Below are positions 1 to 12,359 of a stretch of DNA of 55,109 nucleotides, one piece after another. Under the pieces are notes generated by a model that saw only the letters and a list, made by a program, of their open reading frames with translations, searched no databases and was not told where the DNA came from. A program made the translations under genes and the position numbers. The stretch lies in the NCBI GenBank assembly GCA_002104905.1, contig MCFE01000592.1:1-55109 (forward strand). Direction: 5' to 3'. Every line of letters begins with the position of its first letter. Position 1 is the first letter of the stretch. The DNA comes from Basidiobolus meristosporus CBS 931.73 (lineage: Eukaryota > Fungi > Basidiobolomycota).

Positions 1-515
1 TCAGAACCTATACAAGCTGACTTATATTCCATCATATCTGGAAGCCAATATAAGTAACTTAAATGAAGAAACACCAATGCTTTGGCACAGGAGATTTGGA
101 CATATCAATTTTGATTATTTGTGCAAAATGATCAAAGATCAGCTAATTTCTGGAGTAAAACTTGATCCCCCAGCTAGTATGGAGCACCGTGATGCCTGCA
201 TATATGGGAAACAAGCCAGACAACCATACAAGAGCTCTGGGTCAATCAAAACTAAGAAAAAATTAGATCTAATTCACTCAGATCTGTGTAGACCTATGCA
301 AAATTTATCCTTAGGCAGGATGAAGCATTTAATCACTTTTATTGATGATTATACAAGATACACATGGGTTTACTTCATGGAGAGAAAGGAAGAAGCTCTG
401 TCTAAGTTCAGGAAGTTTAAAGTCATGGTGAAGAGAGAAACTGGTGAAAAAATCCAGAAAATATGCTCAGACAATGGTGGAGAATATACCTCAAAACTCC
501 TCATCCACTTTAGAA
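1..515 (+). mobile_element. Ty1/copia retrotransposon fragment (copy A): GAG-pre-integrase and integrase N-terminal half; begins before the window and is truncated at about 515
   Basis: ORF 77-526 has LWHRRFGHIN, IHSDLC.PM, ITFIDDYTRYTWVYF and SDNGGEY. The nucleotide sequence aligns with about 53947-54460 of copy C and then diverges abruptly. Confidence 0.95.
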
Positions 516-1194
516 AATTTTGCTGAGGTGGTACATTTCCCTTCATGTGCTTTCCTAACTAATAGCACTTGCTTCCTCTTGAAACTCTGGTCCTAGAGGC
601 TTCAAATTGGAATGTAAACAAGTGCTAACAATAGAGTTTTGTACAGATCTATGACTGTATATCAATAGTTGCTGAGTCCCCACATGAGGCAATAATATGT
701 GTACTCAATATAGTTCAAAGCAACAGAAAAGCATCTTCACCATTTAAAAAAGAGAAAATGTACCTATTAGACCCACAGATCTGAGACAAAGACTGTGGTA
801 ATAATCCATAACTTGACTTCAATAGGCCTTTGTTCAAACATATTAATGTACACCATGTAGACATATTGGGATCACCAATAGCTAATCAAAGGGGGAATAC
901 TACGATATTTCTGGACATCAATTTTGGGGGATTAGCCATGGATATGAATGACAAATGCACTGAGATCCCCAAGTATTTCGTTGGGTTCACACAAGGATTC
1001 AACTAACAATGGTCAACGCTCAGCCAATTAGCATCAGGTCAATTGGCGTGAATTAATGCCATGATGAACCATTTTCACGATAATCATGACCTCAACTCCC
1101 GACGATGTGGAGGTTATCAGAAAGCTCCGGCCTTGTTTGTGCATAGAGTACTTCTATTCCCAAGACGCCCCCTTCATACACAAAGCCTACAACT

Positions 1195-2311
1195 ATGGGA
1201 GAAAGCAGAGCCCAACTTCTAGCCTGGGTAAACGATCTGTTACAACTCAGCTATACCAAAATTGAGCAACTTGGCACAGGTATGTCACTGCGATAATCCT
1301 CTCTCGCTTGTGAATGCTTACTCAACACGCTGTTCCATATAGGCGCCGCATATTGCCAGATCTTGGACTCTATCTACGGTGGGTACGCATAGCATATTTT
1401 CGCAGTTCCCGAGATTGACCTGGGTTGCTGGTTGTTAGGGGATGTGCCTATGTCAAAAGTGAAGTTCCAAGCCAACCAGGAATATGAATACCTCAATAAC
1501 TTCAAGCTGCTCCAAGCGGCCTTTCTGAAGCATCGTATTGACAAGGTAGCGTAGGTTTGCCTCCCCACCACCGTTTTTCTGGCCCTGACACTCTCCCCTC
1601 CCCGACACTACCTAGAATATCCCTATGGAGAGACTCAGTAAATGCCGCTTCCAGGACAATTTGGAGTTTCTTCAGTGGCTGAAGCATTTCCATGAGGAGA
1701 TTGGGCCAGACAGCTACGACCCTATAAGAAGGAGAAAGAGCACCTCCTCCGGTGGAACACTTTCCCCAAGCATACGCTCGAGAGGATCCATCACGCCATC
1801 CTACTCGAAGAGCACCCCAGGTATGCACCACGGTTTTCTACTGGACAAGTATCCGAAGAGTCCCATACTGACACGCACCCATGTACAGATCGTTCCGGCT
1901 CCAGGTCCGGAAGGAATGGCGTTCTTAAATCTGGTGGGTCGCGCTTCACACCCTCGTCCGAACATATGGCATTGGTTGAGGATCTTCACCGACAGATCTC
2001 TGATATGCAAGCGCAAATGGAAACCTTGGAGAGGGAACGTGATTTTTACTACAATAAATTGCGCATGGTGGAGGAATTGGCTGGACAAAATGTGGACCCA
2101 GAGGAACCCGCGACCACAGTCATACGAGCCCTCCACTCCGTCCTCTACGGAACCGAGGTAAGCCACCCTTACTAAATCCCCGAACCATGGAGTCGCGAAT
2201 TGATGCGGTACCCCTCGTGTGTAGGAAGGATTCGTCGATCCTGAGGATGTCAGTCAAGATTTAGCCGGCCTGCATCTAAAAGAAGACGAGGATGCCGATG
2301 AGACATTCTAA
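1195..2311 (+). CDS. BIM1: EB1/Bim1/Mal3 microtubule plus-end tracking protein (6 exons)
   Basis: Hand-spliced product: MGESRAQLLAWVNDLLQLSYTKIEQLGTGAAYCQILDSIYGDVPMSKVKF...RFQDNLEFLQW (CH domain), then LERERDFYYNKLR (EBH domain) and an acidic tail ending DETF*. Canonical introns include 1280-1342, 1379-1438 and 1546-1615. Confidence 0.95.
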
Positions 2312-2890
2312 ACGCACAAGATTTGCTCGCTCTGTGGAACTTTGGGTTCGTCACGGATCTTCAAGAAAATAACATTCAAGCTACGTAAGCATCGAACCCC
2401 AAGTAAGTCTAATTCAAAGTCGAAAATGGAAACTCTTCTCGGGTCGCTCTAGGCTTAGTAAGCAACCTTAATCAACATGCCGTGGGTGCAGCTATCCCGG
2501 TCTTGCTTAATTTAACCTTCCCCACAAATATTGATATTATACAAGGATTTTAGCTTTGATCTCTGATTACACAATAAATATATGTCCGATGATTGTCTCC
2601 ACAAGCCAATAGCCAAGCTCGATTGTGCCGTTCTGTTGAAGATCGCCTTTGGCTCGTGGATATGCCAATTGGATCGGCCCACTGTGGGAGAAAACCAAGT
2701 CAAGTGGAAATCATATGAGCTCGCAGCAATTGGTTCAAAAAGAGCGACAAAATTTACCAAGAGAATTGTTTGCTAAGGAACCGTCATAATAATAACAATA
2801 CAAAGAGATTTACAAAATATGCTGAAGTGTGAGGGGATCACTAAACCATTTACACCAAAAGAGGGGAATATTCTTCGGGCACCAGATAGA

Positions 2891-4036
2891 TCAATATATA
2901 CAACTTGGTGGCTGTGGTGGCTTTCCACGAGGGACAGGTGGTTGAGGTGGAAGATGAGTGCTAGATCGCGGCAGTGAAAGAACGACCGAGGATTTCGAGT
3001 CAATCATAGAGGTGTGAGAGGTTTGGCTACGCAACGGGAACTCGCCGAGCGCATCTACATGGATGGGTTCTCCGTCGGAGGAGAGCAAGCTGCTGCTATA
3101 TTTCTTTCTGATAATGGCCGATTTGAGAACGCTCAACCAAGTCTTCAGCTCGTCAAGACACTCCGCCTGTATATACCACGAAACCCCGGGGTTCGTTATT
3201 TCAATCACCCATTTCTTCCCTGAAAATTTATCGGAGACACACGCGATGGTATCAGCTCGGATGTCCAAATGCTCATCAGCCACCGTGGTTGACTGCGAGG
3301 ACTTGAACCGGTACAGCACGTCGGGGGTGAGGACAAAAAACCGGCGCTTCCAGCTTTTACGAGCCAAGAATGAAGGATTAGTAATATAGAGCTTTTCTAG
3401 CCATCCTACTAGGATTGCAGCGACGAAGGTGTCATTCACTGTGATCTCGCTGCTTGGGCTACGAGTTGACGATTTTGCAGCAGAAGTCAAACCAGCATAT
3501 ACATTCTGGTAGTCCAGCATGCTGTTGGTTCGGTCGACCATAATACTAGAGGTATTGGAGTAGAAACTGGGTGTGTGCTCGCGACAAGATTTGTTGACAA
3601 TGATTGATTGGGTGCTGTAGAACTCGGGTTCGCTAGGAGTAAGCGGCTCGCCATATTGCTGAGCTCTTTCTAGGCAGCTTTCTAGATCTTTCAGCAGGCT
3701 ATGTACTCCCGGGGAAAGCGGCCGAGCGCTTTCTACATCGCACTCATCAAAGCTGTTCGCAACAGGCGAGTTTTCGCTCGCTTTGATGCTTCTTCGCTGA
3801 GAGGCGAGCTTACCTAGTGAGCTTCGGATAAGCTCAAGCTCCAGCCCCACGTGGCGACCGGAGGCGATGTGACTTGTGCGGGAATTGTGAAATAAAGAGG
3901 CAAACTCCTCATGCTCTTCGGATTTCCCTAGACTGGGCATGCCCCCTAGTATGTAGGAATCATCGCGGGAGTATCTGTGAGCCAACCTGAGCATGGGCGC
4001 TTTGGAAGGCTGTGGAGTTGACTGGTTAGAAGTCAT
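2891..4036 (-). CDS. PH-domain protein with Pro-rich C-terminus, single ORF of 381 aa
   Basis: GWLEK...KSWKRRFFVLT...WYIQAE..DELKTWLSVLKSAI is a PH-fold signature. The C-terminus is PPQPPVPRGKPPQPP. Confidence 0.85.
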   Translation of the reverse strand: MTSNQSTPQPSKAPMLRLAHRYSRDDSYILGGMPSLGKSEEHEEFASLFHNSRTSHIASGRHVGLELELIRSSLGKLASQRRSIKASENSPVANSFDECDVESARPLSPGVHSLLKDLESCLERAQQYGEPLTPSEPEFYSTQSIIVNKSCREHTPSFYSNTSSIMVDRTNSMLDYQNVYAGLTSAAKSSTRSPSSEITVNDTFVAAILVGWLEKLYITNPSFLARKSWKRRFFVLTPDVLYRFKSSQSTTVADEHLDIRADTIACVSDKFSGKKWVIEITNPGVSWYIQAECLDELKTWLSVLKSAIIRKKYSSSLLSSDGEPIHVDALGEFPLRSQTSHTSMIDSKSSVVLSLPRSSTHLPPQPPVPRGKPPQPPSCIY

Positions 4037-6405
4037 CTGGGGTGATCACCAAAGATTTGAATGTATGCAAGGCAGAAAGGATGCGGGGTGAAATGTCGAG
4101 AAATTAAAAGGCCCACTCGTTATCCCACTACTATTTATAATGGATCCCAGTGTCTTAACAAAATATTAATTGCACAAGAGGCGGGTGAAACGGACGAAGG
4201 TTGAAACAAGCAATGAATCAATTAGTAAGATGATACCTATACAATGGACCGCAATGGGATGGGAAATTAAAAATCATGATCGCTGGAGACGGGCACTATA
4301 AATATGGACGGATGGATAGCTTGGTATCGGGAATTTACATCGGCTCCTATTAAGCCTTGCTGTGACAGAAGTCCCTGAGCACCAATCAGGCCCAAGGAAA
4401 AAAACTGGACGCACCATCGATTTTCTATTGATTCCATTGTGGCGGCACACGGTGTGTTATTGGCTATTTATAATCAAATAGCTGTAGATACAAAATAGAA
4501 TAGTCAGCTCTTTACGTGTTCAAAGTTGATTACCACTAATCCTTGACGGGTAAGCAATTGCAGTTAGATTCAATTTGATAATGGTTAGTACCAGCGCCGT
4601 ATTAACCTACAGCTGCTGATTAGATCTGGCTAACAAGTGGTGGGGCGGAATTCTGATGAGCAAAATGGGATATCGCTAAACTCCGGCTCCGCTGGGATTT
4701 CTGCGAATACCTGAACAGGTATAATTGCCGCTCAGCACATGGTTCATGCATCCATGTGCTGGTATTTGGCTCATGGAAAAGAGAGGAGCCCAGTTGCATG
4801 TGAGCTAATGAATTACGCAGCCTCAGGGTGATCCCGATATTTCCCAACTGATCGAGCGGTAGAATCACTGCAATATGACTTGGACTGTCCGGCAGATTGG
4901 TGGAGAACGGTTGGGCGAAACAAGATGTGTCATAAGATACTTGGCGCTAGTATAATGACCAAATGGGCTTGAGTCATCGATGTTCCGTCCGAAGAGACCG
5001 AAATATCCGACTTGATACAAAGTTTCGCTTTTGAAAACAACCTTGAAACGATGCGCATATTGTGATTTGGAGAGCATCACTTGCGAGAAACCATATACCT
5101 ACGTGATGGTCGCTTATCTATATCACAGGGCTCTCCGTAATGTATAGGTGTCCTAGTTTAATCGGGATGCACTTTGTCTCATGCCCCTCGTTAAAGCAGT
5201 TCCTGTGCATATGACCGTTTTAGATCATTAGCAAGATTGAATTGGGTATGATATAGGAGGTTGGATGGGTCTAGACAGCTGTCGGCTCGATGCTGTTGGT
5301 GATAACAATGAATTAGAATGCTCAAAATCAGGTGGAGGATGCGCTTGGTTGTTCGCAAAGTCTAAAGATAGACCATGAAAATTTCCTATCAGAATACAAA
5401 TGTTTCCATCCACGGTCGTTTTGACCACTGGCACTGCTGGTGACGTAATTCCTCACCGGCTTAACCAGCCGGCTGCCATTTTAGTAGCGAGCGCACCACA
5501 AACAAGCCATGATCAATCAAGGACTGTTTGTATCTGTGCTTTGAGGGAACACTCGCTTTTCCATAATTAGGGGGGTTTTCTTAACCCTGGTTGTAAACAG
5601 CATTAACCTATTCACCACAACGTCACTCTGTATGACAGAGACAAGTACCGAATTTTTGTACGCATTCCGAAGATGTCGATTATGTGATATCGAAATGGAA
5701 GATGGTGCGCAGCAGTGAAAGCATGTACCTGGCCCTATTGAGACCTCGTCCCTGAAGGAGCGCAGTGGAAACTCCACTGCACTTGCTGGTCACCATTTCA
5801 TCCTTGTATCTGGTCACCTGCCATTTTTCCACGGTGCTGATAGAGCCATTCCCACCTTGTCCGCTTTTGTTCCTTCGGAGTAATTGAGGCCTCATTCGGG
5901 TGGCTGCTTCCCATGTCTCACTCATTACCATAGAAGTATCGATTTGACAGTGGATTTCCCTTTAATAGTCGTCACACAAAATGTGCTTTCCTACCTAAAG
6001 TAATCTGAAGATTCTATCAGTGAAATCGGCATTCATAGGCTAAGTGGTGGATCCATGTTACGATAACAAATCAATGAGGCTATTATAGCAGAAGCGTCGG
6101 TGGAATACTCGAAGCCACGGATTAAAGTGGAAGTGCTATAAAAAGCAGAGATTTACGACGTCATATTCGTCACATGGAACATTGGAGACGTCGCTCGAAT
6201 ATATGGAGTGATGGCCAAATCACCTATGTTAGCCACATGAGACGTTGATCGCCAAGTGGACCTAATCAGGTGGAGATTTGATGGCAGCTGGTGTATTGCC
6301 ATCTAGTTGATTTAAATCTTACTGTATCACAGAGACCTCTTTATTGAAAGATGAGAAGATATGAATGATTGTCAGAACCATATGTCTCGTGGACATGAAG
6401 TTGCA

Positions 6406-7344
6406 TCAATCCAAACCATATAGATAGCTTGAATATATGACTAGAGAGGCCCCCAATATGAACGTGGGTGTGATCTGGAAGTTAAACAGGAATATGGAAA
6501 TAACACTCGAGATGACGATAGATATACTAGTTGCAAATCCTTTGAGTATATTGTCGGCGTACTTGACGACCATCGCAACGATAATTCCTCCAAACGCCTG
6601 GCATCCTATGGCCCCAAATGTCCATATATTATATTGGTACCAAAATCCATTGGTTCTAACCGATTCGCCGTCCATCCACATGACTCCCAAGAACAAGGCT
6701 GGAAACAGAGAAAAGAATGCAAGTTGTGAGTTACGTACCCAGAGAGTACTCTGGCTCCCCTTGAGGATCTTTTCAAAATATACTCCAGCAAGGCCGGACA
6801 GAAGACAGGCACAGATCACTGCAAGAAATCCGAGAGTTCGCTGAGAATAGAGGTCGGAATTTCCCTGGGATTTTTGGGAGGACATTTTGACCAAGATTAC
6901 GCCAAGAGTAAGCAGTAGTAGCGAAATCCATTTTTTCACCGACAATTGTCGTCTTAGCATGATGACAGAAAACAATGCTGTAGTGAGGATCTTAAGTTGA
7001 TATGTCACTTGGAAAGTTGCTGGGTCGAGCAGCTTCACTGCAATGTACTGAAGGTTGTTCTGTATAGTGTAAAGTCCGGCTGGTATGATCATTTTCCAAG
7101 AATCCGGACCAAAAATCCGTTGAAGCGTAGACGCTTTTTTGTCTCGTTTAGGTTGATCTTCTTGACTAACCAGTGTAAAACAGACAACCAGCTTTAAAAG
7201 CTCTGATAGTAGCACTGCCGTTGAAGTGGCATATTTTCCTTGATTGGTAGAGTACTTGAATACCAGCGTCAAGGCGCTATTTTGGACCACCAATATGAGA
7301 AGACTCACATACTTGATTGGAATGTGTGGTGAAGCAACTGACAT
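6406..7344 (-). CDS. Golgi nucleotide-sugar transporter, SLC35A / UDP-galactose transporter (Gms1-like), intronless
   Basis: KYVSLLILVVQNSAL, IPAGLYTIQNNLQY, LDPATFQVTYQLKILTTALFS, GLAGVYFEKILK and VKYADNILKGFATS motifs; multiple hydrophobic segments. Confidence 0.93.
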   Translation of the reverse strand: MSVASPHIPIKYVSLLILVVQNSALTLVFKYSTNQGKYATSTAVLLSELLKLVVCFTLVSQEDQPKRDKKASTLQRIFGPDSWKMIIPAGLYTIQNNLQYIAVKLLDPATFQVTYQLKILTTALFSVIMLRRQLSVKKWISLLLLTLGVILVKMSSQKSQGNSDLYSQRTLGFLAVICACLLSGLAGVYFEKILKGSQSTLWVRNSQLAFFSLFPALFLGVMWMDGESVRTNGFWYQYNIWTFGAIGCQAFGGIIVAMVVKYADNILKGFATSISIVISSVISIFLFNFQITPTFILGASLVIYSSYLYGLD

Positions 7345-7842
7345 GAGTTGAAGGGCAGGTGTATGTATTCAAGTTGATGCGTTGGCTGTAGTTGGAGTTG
7401 ACTATGGCTGCTATTTAAACTACTCCTATACAAACACTGCAATTGATGCTCGAATGGTGGCTAAATATACCAACGCTCTACTCATCTATGAGGGGATACT
7501 GGTAAGAATGCTTGTCTTGATTGGTTGATGCATCCCACAGACCTGGATTAAGGCGGTTTTTCACAATTAGTAATCAAAATGCAGTCAATTGATGCCATAA
7601 TAGATATTCGGTCAGAAAACCACCGTTCAGCCCGAGTGGTGCAATTCTACTCCATGGTTTGTTTGTATGCTTATCAGATGGAGCTTTATCATCGAAGATG
7701 ATGTGCAAGTCTGATATCTGATATAATTTGTAGTTGATGAAGAATGATTCATTACATCCCATAACCGTTTTTATTATTTTAATCATTAATAGTTGATACT
7801 AATTTTCGGTACATCGGTACTTTATGCATCCTTTATCTCAAT

Positions 7843-9132
7843 ATGGAGTTTGTAAAGCCCTCTATTCCAGCCCAACCAGCACCAGCAGTGGTACAGAAAG
7901 TGGTTACAAAATGCATCTCTCTCTCAGAGATTCAATGCATAGAACCTATTAGGCGAATCGTCGAGGAGCCAGATGTTCAAATTTGGACAAAATCCGAGGC
8001 TTTCGCTCGCATTATGACCTATATACATGCCCTTAACGAGAGTGTCAAGAACAAGAAAATCTCGGACCACGTGGAAGTTTCTGAAGTATGTCTCTCGTTA
8101 ATTTTCTGAACATCCGATTCTTATGCTAAGATGTCATTCCTCTGTAGAATGTCAACAAATTATTGAGCGTTCTCGAGATACTTGATTCTTGGATCGCTGA
8201 GATCCCTCCTTTACAAAACCCTCAACGGTTCGGTAATAAAGCATTCCGGACTTGGATGAAGCGTCTTAACGAGGTTAGTGAGTTGTGAGCTTGTCCACAT
8301 CTAGGAATATAAATATAACCTTTTTTAGGATACTCAAGAGCTCCTGAACGAGTTGGTCTCAAGCGAGCTACATCAAAGCATTATAGAGTTGAAGGCCTAT
8401 TTTTGCGGGGGCTTTGGCAATGCGATTCGTATTGATTATGGGAGCGGGCATGAGCTTTCCTTTGTAGCTTTTCTATGTTGTTTGGATCTGATTGGCTTTT
8501 TTGGAGAGTCAGATAGAGCTGCTACTGCGCTTCGTATAATAGTCAGGTAAGGTTTTCATTAGAATAGCATTCTCGACTAATACTCAAAGGGATGGCTCTA
8601 CTCAGGTATTTAGAATTAGTGCGTAAACTGCAACGCGTCTACATGCTCGAGCCTGCTGGTAGTCATGGCGTCTGGGGACTTGATGATTATCAGTTTCTGC
8701 CATATCTATGGGGGAGCGCGCAGTTACTAGGTAGTTCTTAAATGTCCTCTTTTCTCCAACATAAACTAACTGATTTTAGACCATAAACATATTAAGCCCC
8801 GTTCCGTTCTTAACCAAGAAATCGTTAACACTTACGCCTCTGAGTACCTGTACCTTCGATGCATTCAATTCATACATGAAGTAGGGCCATTCTGAGAAAT
8901 TCCTGGGTTGATCCGACTTTAACATGTGGTGTTCTTACAGGTTAAGAAAGGGCCTTTCCCCGAACATTCACCAATACTCTATGATATTTCCGGGGTTCCC
9001 TATTGGGGAAAAGTTAATTCTGGGATGTTCAAGATGTACATCGGGGACGTGCTAAACAAGTTTCCCATCGTCCAGCATCTACTCTTCGGAAGTCTTTTGC
9101 CATTCATTCCCGCACAACCGAGCTCGGGCTAA
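7843..9132 (+). CDS. PTPA: Protein phosphatase 2A activator (PTPA / Rrd1-Rrd2 family), multi-exon
   Basis: [53 protein letters not shown] and [20 protein letters not shown] motifs across exons. Confidence 0.93.
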
Positions 9133-9540
9133 TCCACAAATATCAATGCGAATGCAAATACACATGCAATAACCAATCACCACTTTGCTTGTACAAAATT
9201 TCGAGGCTGTGTATGAATAAAGCTGTTGAAACACGGGTTATACAGCAAAGTTGAACTCTCAAATATTGAACCAAAGCATTTGTCAATGGCATGGCTCCCG
9301 AAATCAACATCGACCGATCGGCTGATAGATCTTGATGAATACCGTCTTTGAATATGTGTGTTCTCCGACCGGCTTCTGTGTTCAACTCGAAGCCGGCATA
9401 CCGTAATTTCCTAGCATTCACAATCGAGACCAACTTAGTTGAAAAAGTTTATTAAGGCGGATCATATTGGCAGCAAATGAAACGAGCTCTACATAAGCGA
9501 AAATCTACAGATAGTAAAAATCCCCGAAGCACATATAACG

Positions 9541-10753
9541 TCAACGGGAGCATTTAGCGTATGGCCCATTATTAGAAGCTCTAGACTCGTCATGTGTCTG
9601 AGCACGATGGCGAGTGTTTGCTTTGAGGTGACGATTCAAGGCATCTGTATTTGGAATGGTTAGACTGCATGCAGAACTTGGAGACTTGATAGATTTGTGA
9701 ATACCTTGTCTAGCAAAAGATCTACTACAGTTCTCGCACCGAAAGGGTTTTATGCCGAGATGTAACCTTGCATGTCTCTTCATATCGTGCTGTCTGCTGA
9801 AGGTCTGTCCACACGTCTGGCAAACGTATGGCCTCTCTTGAGTGTGGATTCGCATATGCGACTTAAGATTGTACGGCCTACTAAATAATTTTCGGCATTC
9901 AGGGTAGGTGCATTGAAGCTTCTCGGTCTTTTTTGCCATCTTAGCGCCATGATTGTTACTCACTGCATCCGCCAGCGAGGGATGGCCTCCTTGGAGCGGG
10001 GGTGAGGGTGATGCCAAGGAGATATCTGAGCCAGTGGACAGCTTCCTCCCACAGAGAGAATTGCTGCCCATGTCAGGCTCAACATCGACTCTACCTAGTA
10101 GGGGTTACTAAGCAGCAGTATGCAGTATATGTCTATCTAAGCATACCTTCTTGTACTCCCAAAACATTCGGGGATCCAAAATTCGCGGTATCCAAGTTTG
10201 GTAAAGTTTGATCAGCTTCCTCCATGGAGTAACAGGATGGCATGGTACACATCATCGAGTAGTCGACCGATCTTAATGGCAAATAGTCAAGTACCGCAGA
10301 ATTCAAAGCAGCGGCAACATCGCCGAACTCCTCTTGGATTATAGCGTCCAGCTCTACCGACGAAGGGCTGCTTGCGAGTGAAGTCTCGGAGTTCATCTGA
10401 TAAAAGTCGAGCGGCAGTTTCTCCATCATGAATGGAAACGGATTTTCGTTCATGGGAGCAAGTGAAGCACTCCAGTGAGGGAACCCATTATACTCGGATA
10501 TCTGATCAGGAAACAGGCATGGGTTGGTGGAGAGTGGATACGAAGGTTCGGGTAAATCCTGGTTTATTAGATTAGGTTTGTCACTTAGCCCAAAATACTC
10601 TTCGTAAGAGAGATGGGCGTCCATGCCAGCGGCCATCTCTGCATTGATTGCCAGCACGCCCGTGCTCTCCGCCTCACCGTAAGCCAAGCCGCACATGGCC
10701 TCACGGAACATCTCGTAGCCTTGCTTCTGATCGTTGACGAAGAAATAGGACAT
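9541..10753 (-). CDS. C2H2 zinc-finger transcription factor with three C-terminal fingers (Crz1-like finger type), 3 exons
   Basis: Fingers CTYPECRKLFSRPYNLKSHMRIH, CQTCGQTFSRQHDMKRHARLH and CENCSRSFARQ-DALNRH (the last restored by removing an in-frame intron). Intron 10095-10146 joins the two track ORFs in frame. Confidence 0.88.
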
Positions 10754-12359
10754 GATCTTGGGCGATTTTGTTTTACAAATCCCAGGAGCGACGTGTTGAA
10801 AACAAAATCTACAGTTCGAAGGAGGAAACAGAGTTAAAAAGGGGCAAGCATATGTTGCACTTGGTACTTACTGCACTGATAGTATCCACTTCCAACACCG
10901 CGAACCGCTTTCGGTTGGAAGGGCGCCTCAAGAAGTGGAGGGAATATATATCCATTTCGCCGGAGTGACTGTGTGGATTTTCGGTTGTGAAGCATGAATC
11001 TTGTGTAATGGAGATGCTCAAGTTTCAAGTATGATGCTATCGATTCGTATACCAACTGAAGTACGGAGTAGGAAGGTTTCAAGATACAACTTCCGTTTCA
11101 ACTAAATGGATGTTGGTCGCATTGGCATTGACAGATGGCCCGATACAGTTCGAAAGAAGCTCAGAAATCCCTTGGGCTGAACCCGGCTATGGAGCGATTC
11201 AACAAATTACATACCTCCCCAGTTATTAATGTTTGAGAGTTAGTTCTTGACATTGTTTCATGTTCTGAGAGTTTAGCATGCTGCGGTGAATCCAAATGCG
11301 GCCCCGAGCCTGCTGGATGTGGAGATGAGATTAGAGTTGACTAACCAGACTGCAGCATTAAAGTTGGGAGAGTTGGGGTTGAAACTGAATTCAGGAATCC
11401 CTCCAAGATGGAGGTCCGTCAGATCATTACGGCCGAGAAAATACCCCGCTTCCGCTTCCTTCGTGATTGTGATTCACCTGGAAATAGAGTTCAGAACCAG
11501 TATTACGAGCATAAAGTTATCAGAGTATGTTTCAGAGCAGATGGATATGCCAATGAAAAGCTTCTTAGTAATGAGCTCGCCAGCAAGAAGTAGTGGTGAT
11601 CACATCGCCAGGGAATTCGGCTTTTCTCCATGTGCAGTGATTGACGCAGATCACACCAGCTTTCAGAAGGCAAATTTATCGGAACCAGGATCTCAGTGGT
11701 ATGAATATCTCCAAGTGCGCTCACATACGTTACTCCGAAATGGCCTTGGATGATTTATGCATGCACTAAGAAGTATCGCCAAGCTACTGCCTACATGCCC
11801 AAGGTTCCCGTCAGATCAACGAAACTCTTTCGAGAATCAGATGCCCGTGCCCCCAGTAATCCAGATAAGCCATACATGACCTCAGTTCAGGAGAGTTTCA
11901 CCAAGGACATTAAGCACTTTGACTCGACAAACAGTCAAGAGCAGTCACAAGTATGAAATCATGATAGAATCTGTGACAAGGTAATTCATGCAAGCGTCAG
12001 AAACAAAGCGATGAAGACCGGCGAAGGTGCATCGATTTTTGGGTAGGTTTGTTGGAAGTCCATGCATTTTGTGTTATTTGAAGGATGCATACAGTACGGA
12101 AGTCTACTTCAAAATGATTCCTAGAAGAATAAGCAATTAGGATTAAAGCAGTGGATCTTGGATAGCACCCAACATTCAGGAGTTGATTGGCTATAGAACT
12201 CAGTATTACGAATGATTTGATTGGGAAAATCTGCATAGTTTATGAAATCCGATAGATCTTAAGTAACGATTATTAGGTGAATCAAGAAATTGCCTTGACT
12301 ACTAATAAGCTAACGCTACTGAAGTACCTGCCTATTACACTTGCATACACGTACTTGAC

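Noticed and set aside
516-1150. Partly open plus-strand frame (YDCISIVAESPHEAII...FNRPLFKHINVHHVDILG) as a pseudogene
   Set aside because: About 7 stops in roughly 170-200 codons is not clearly below chance and no family is recognisable. Only the CpG depletion is reported.
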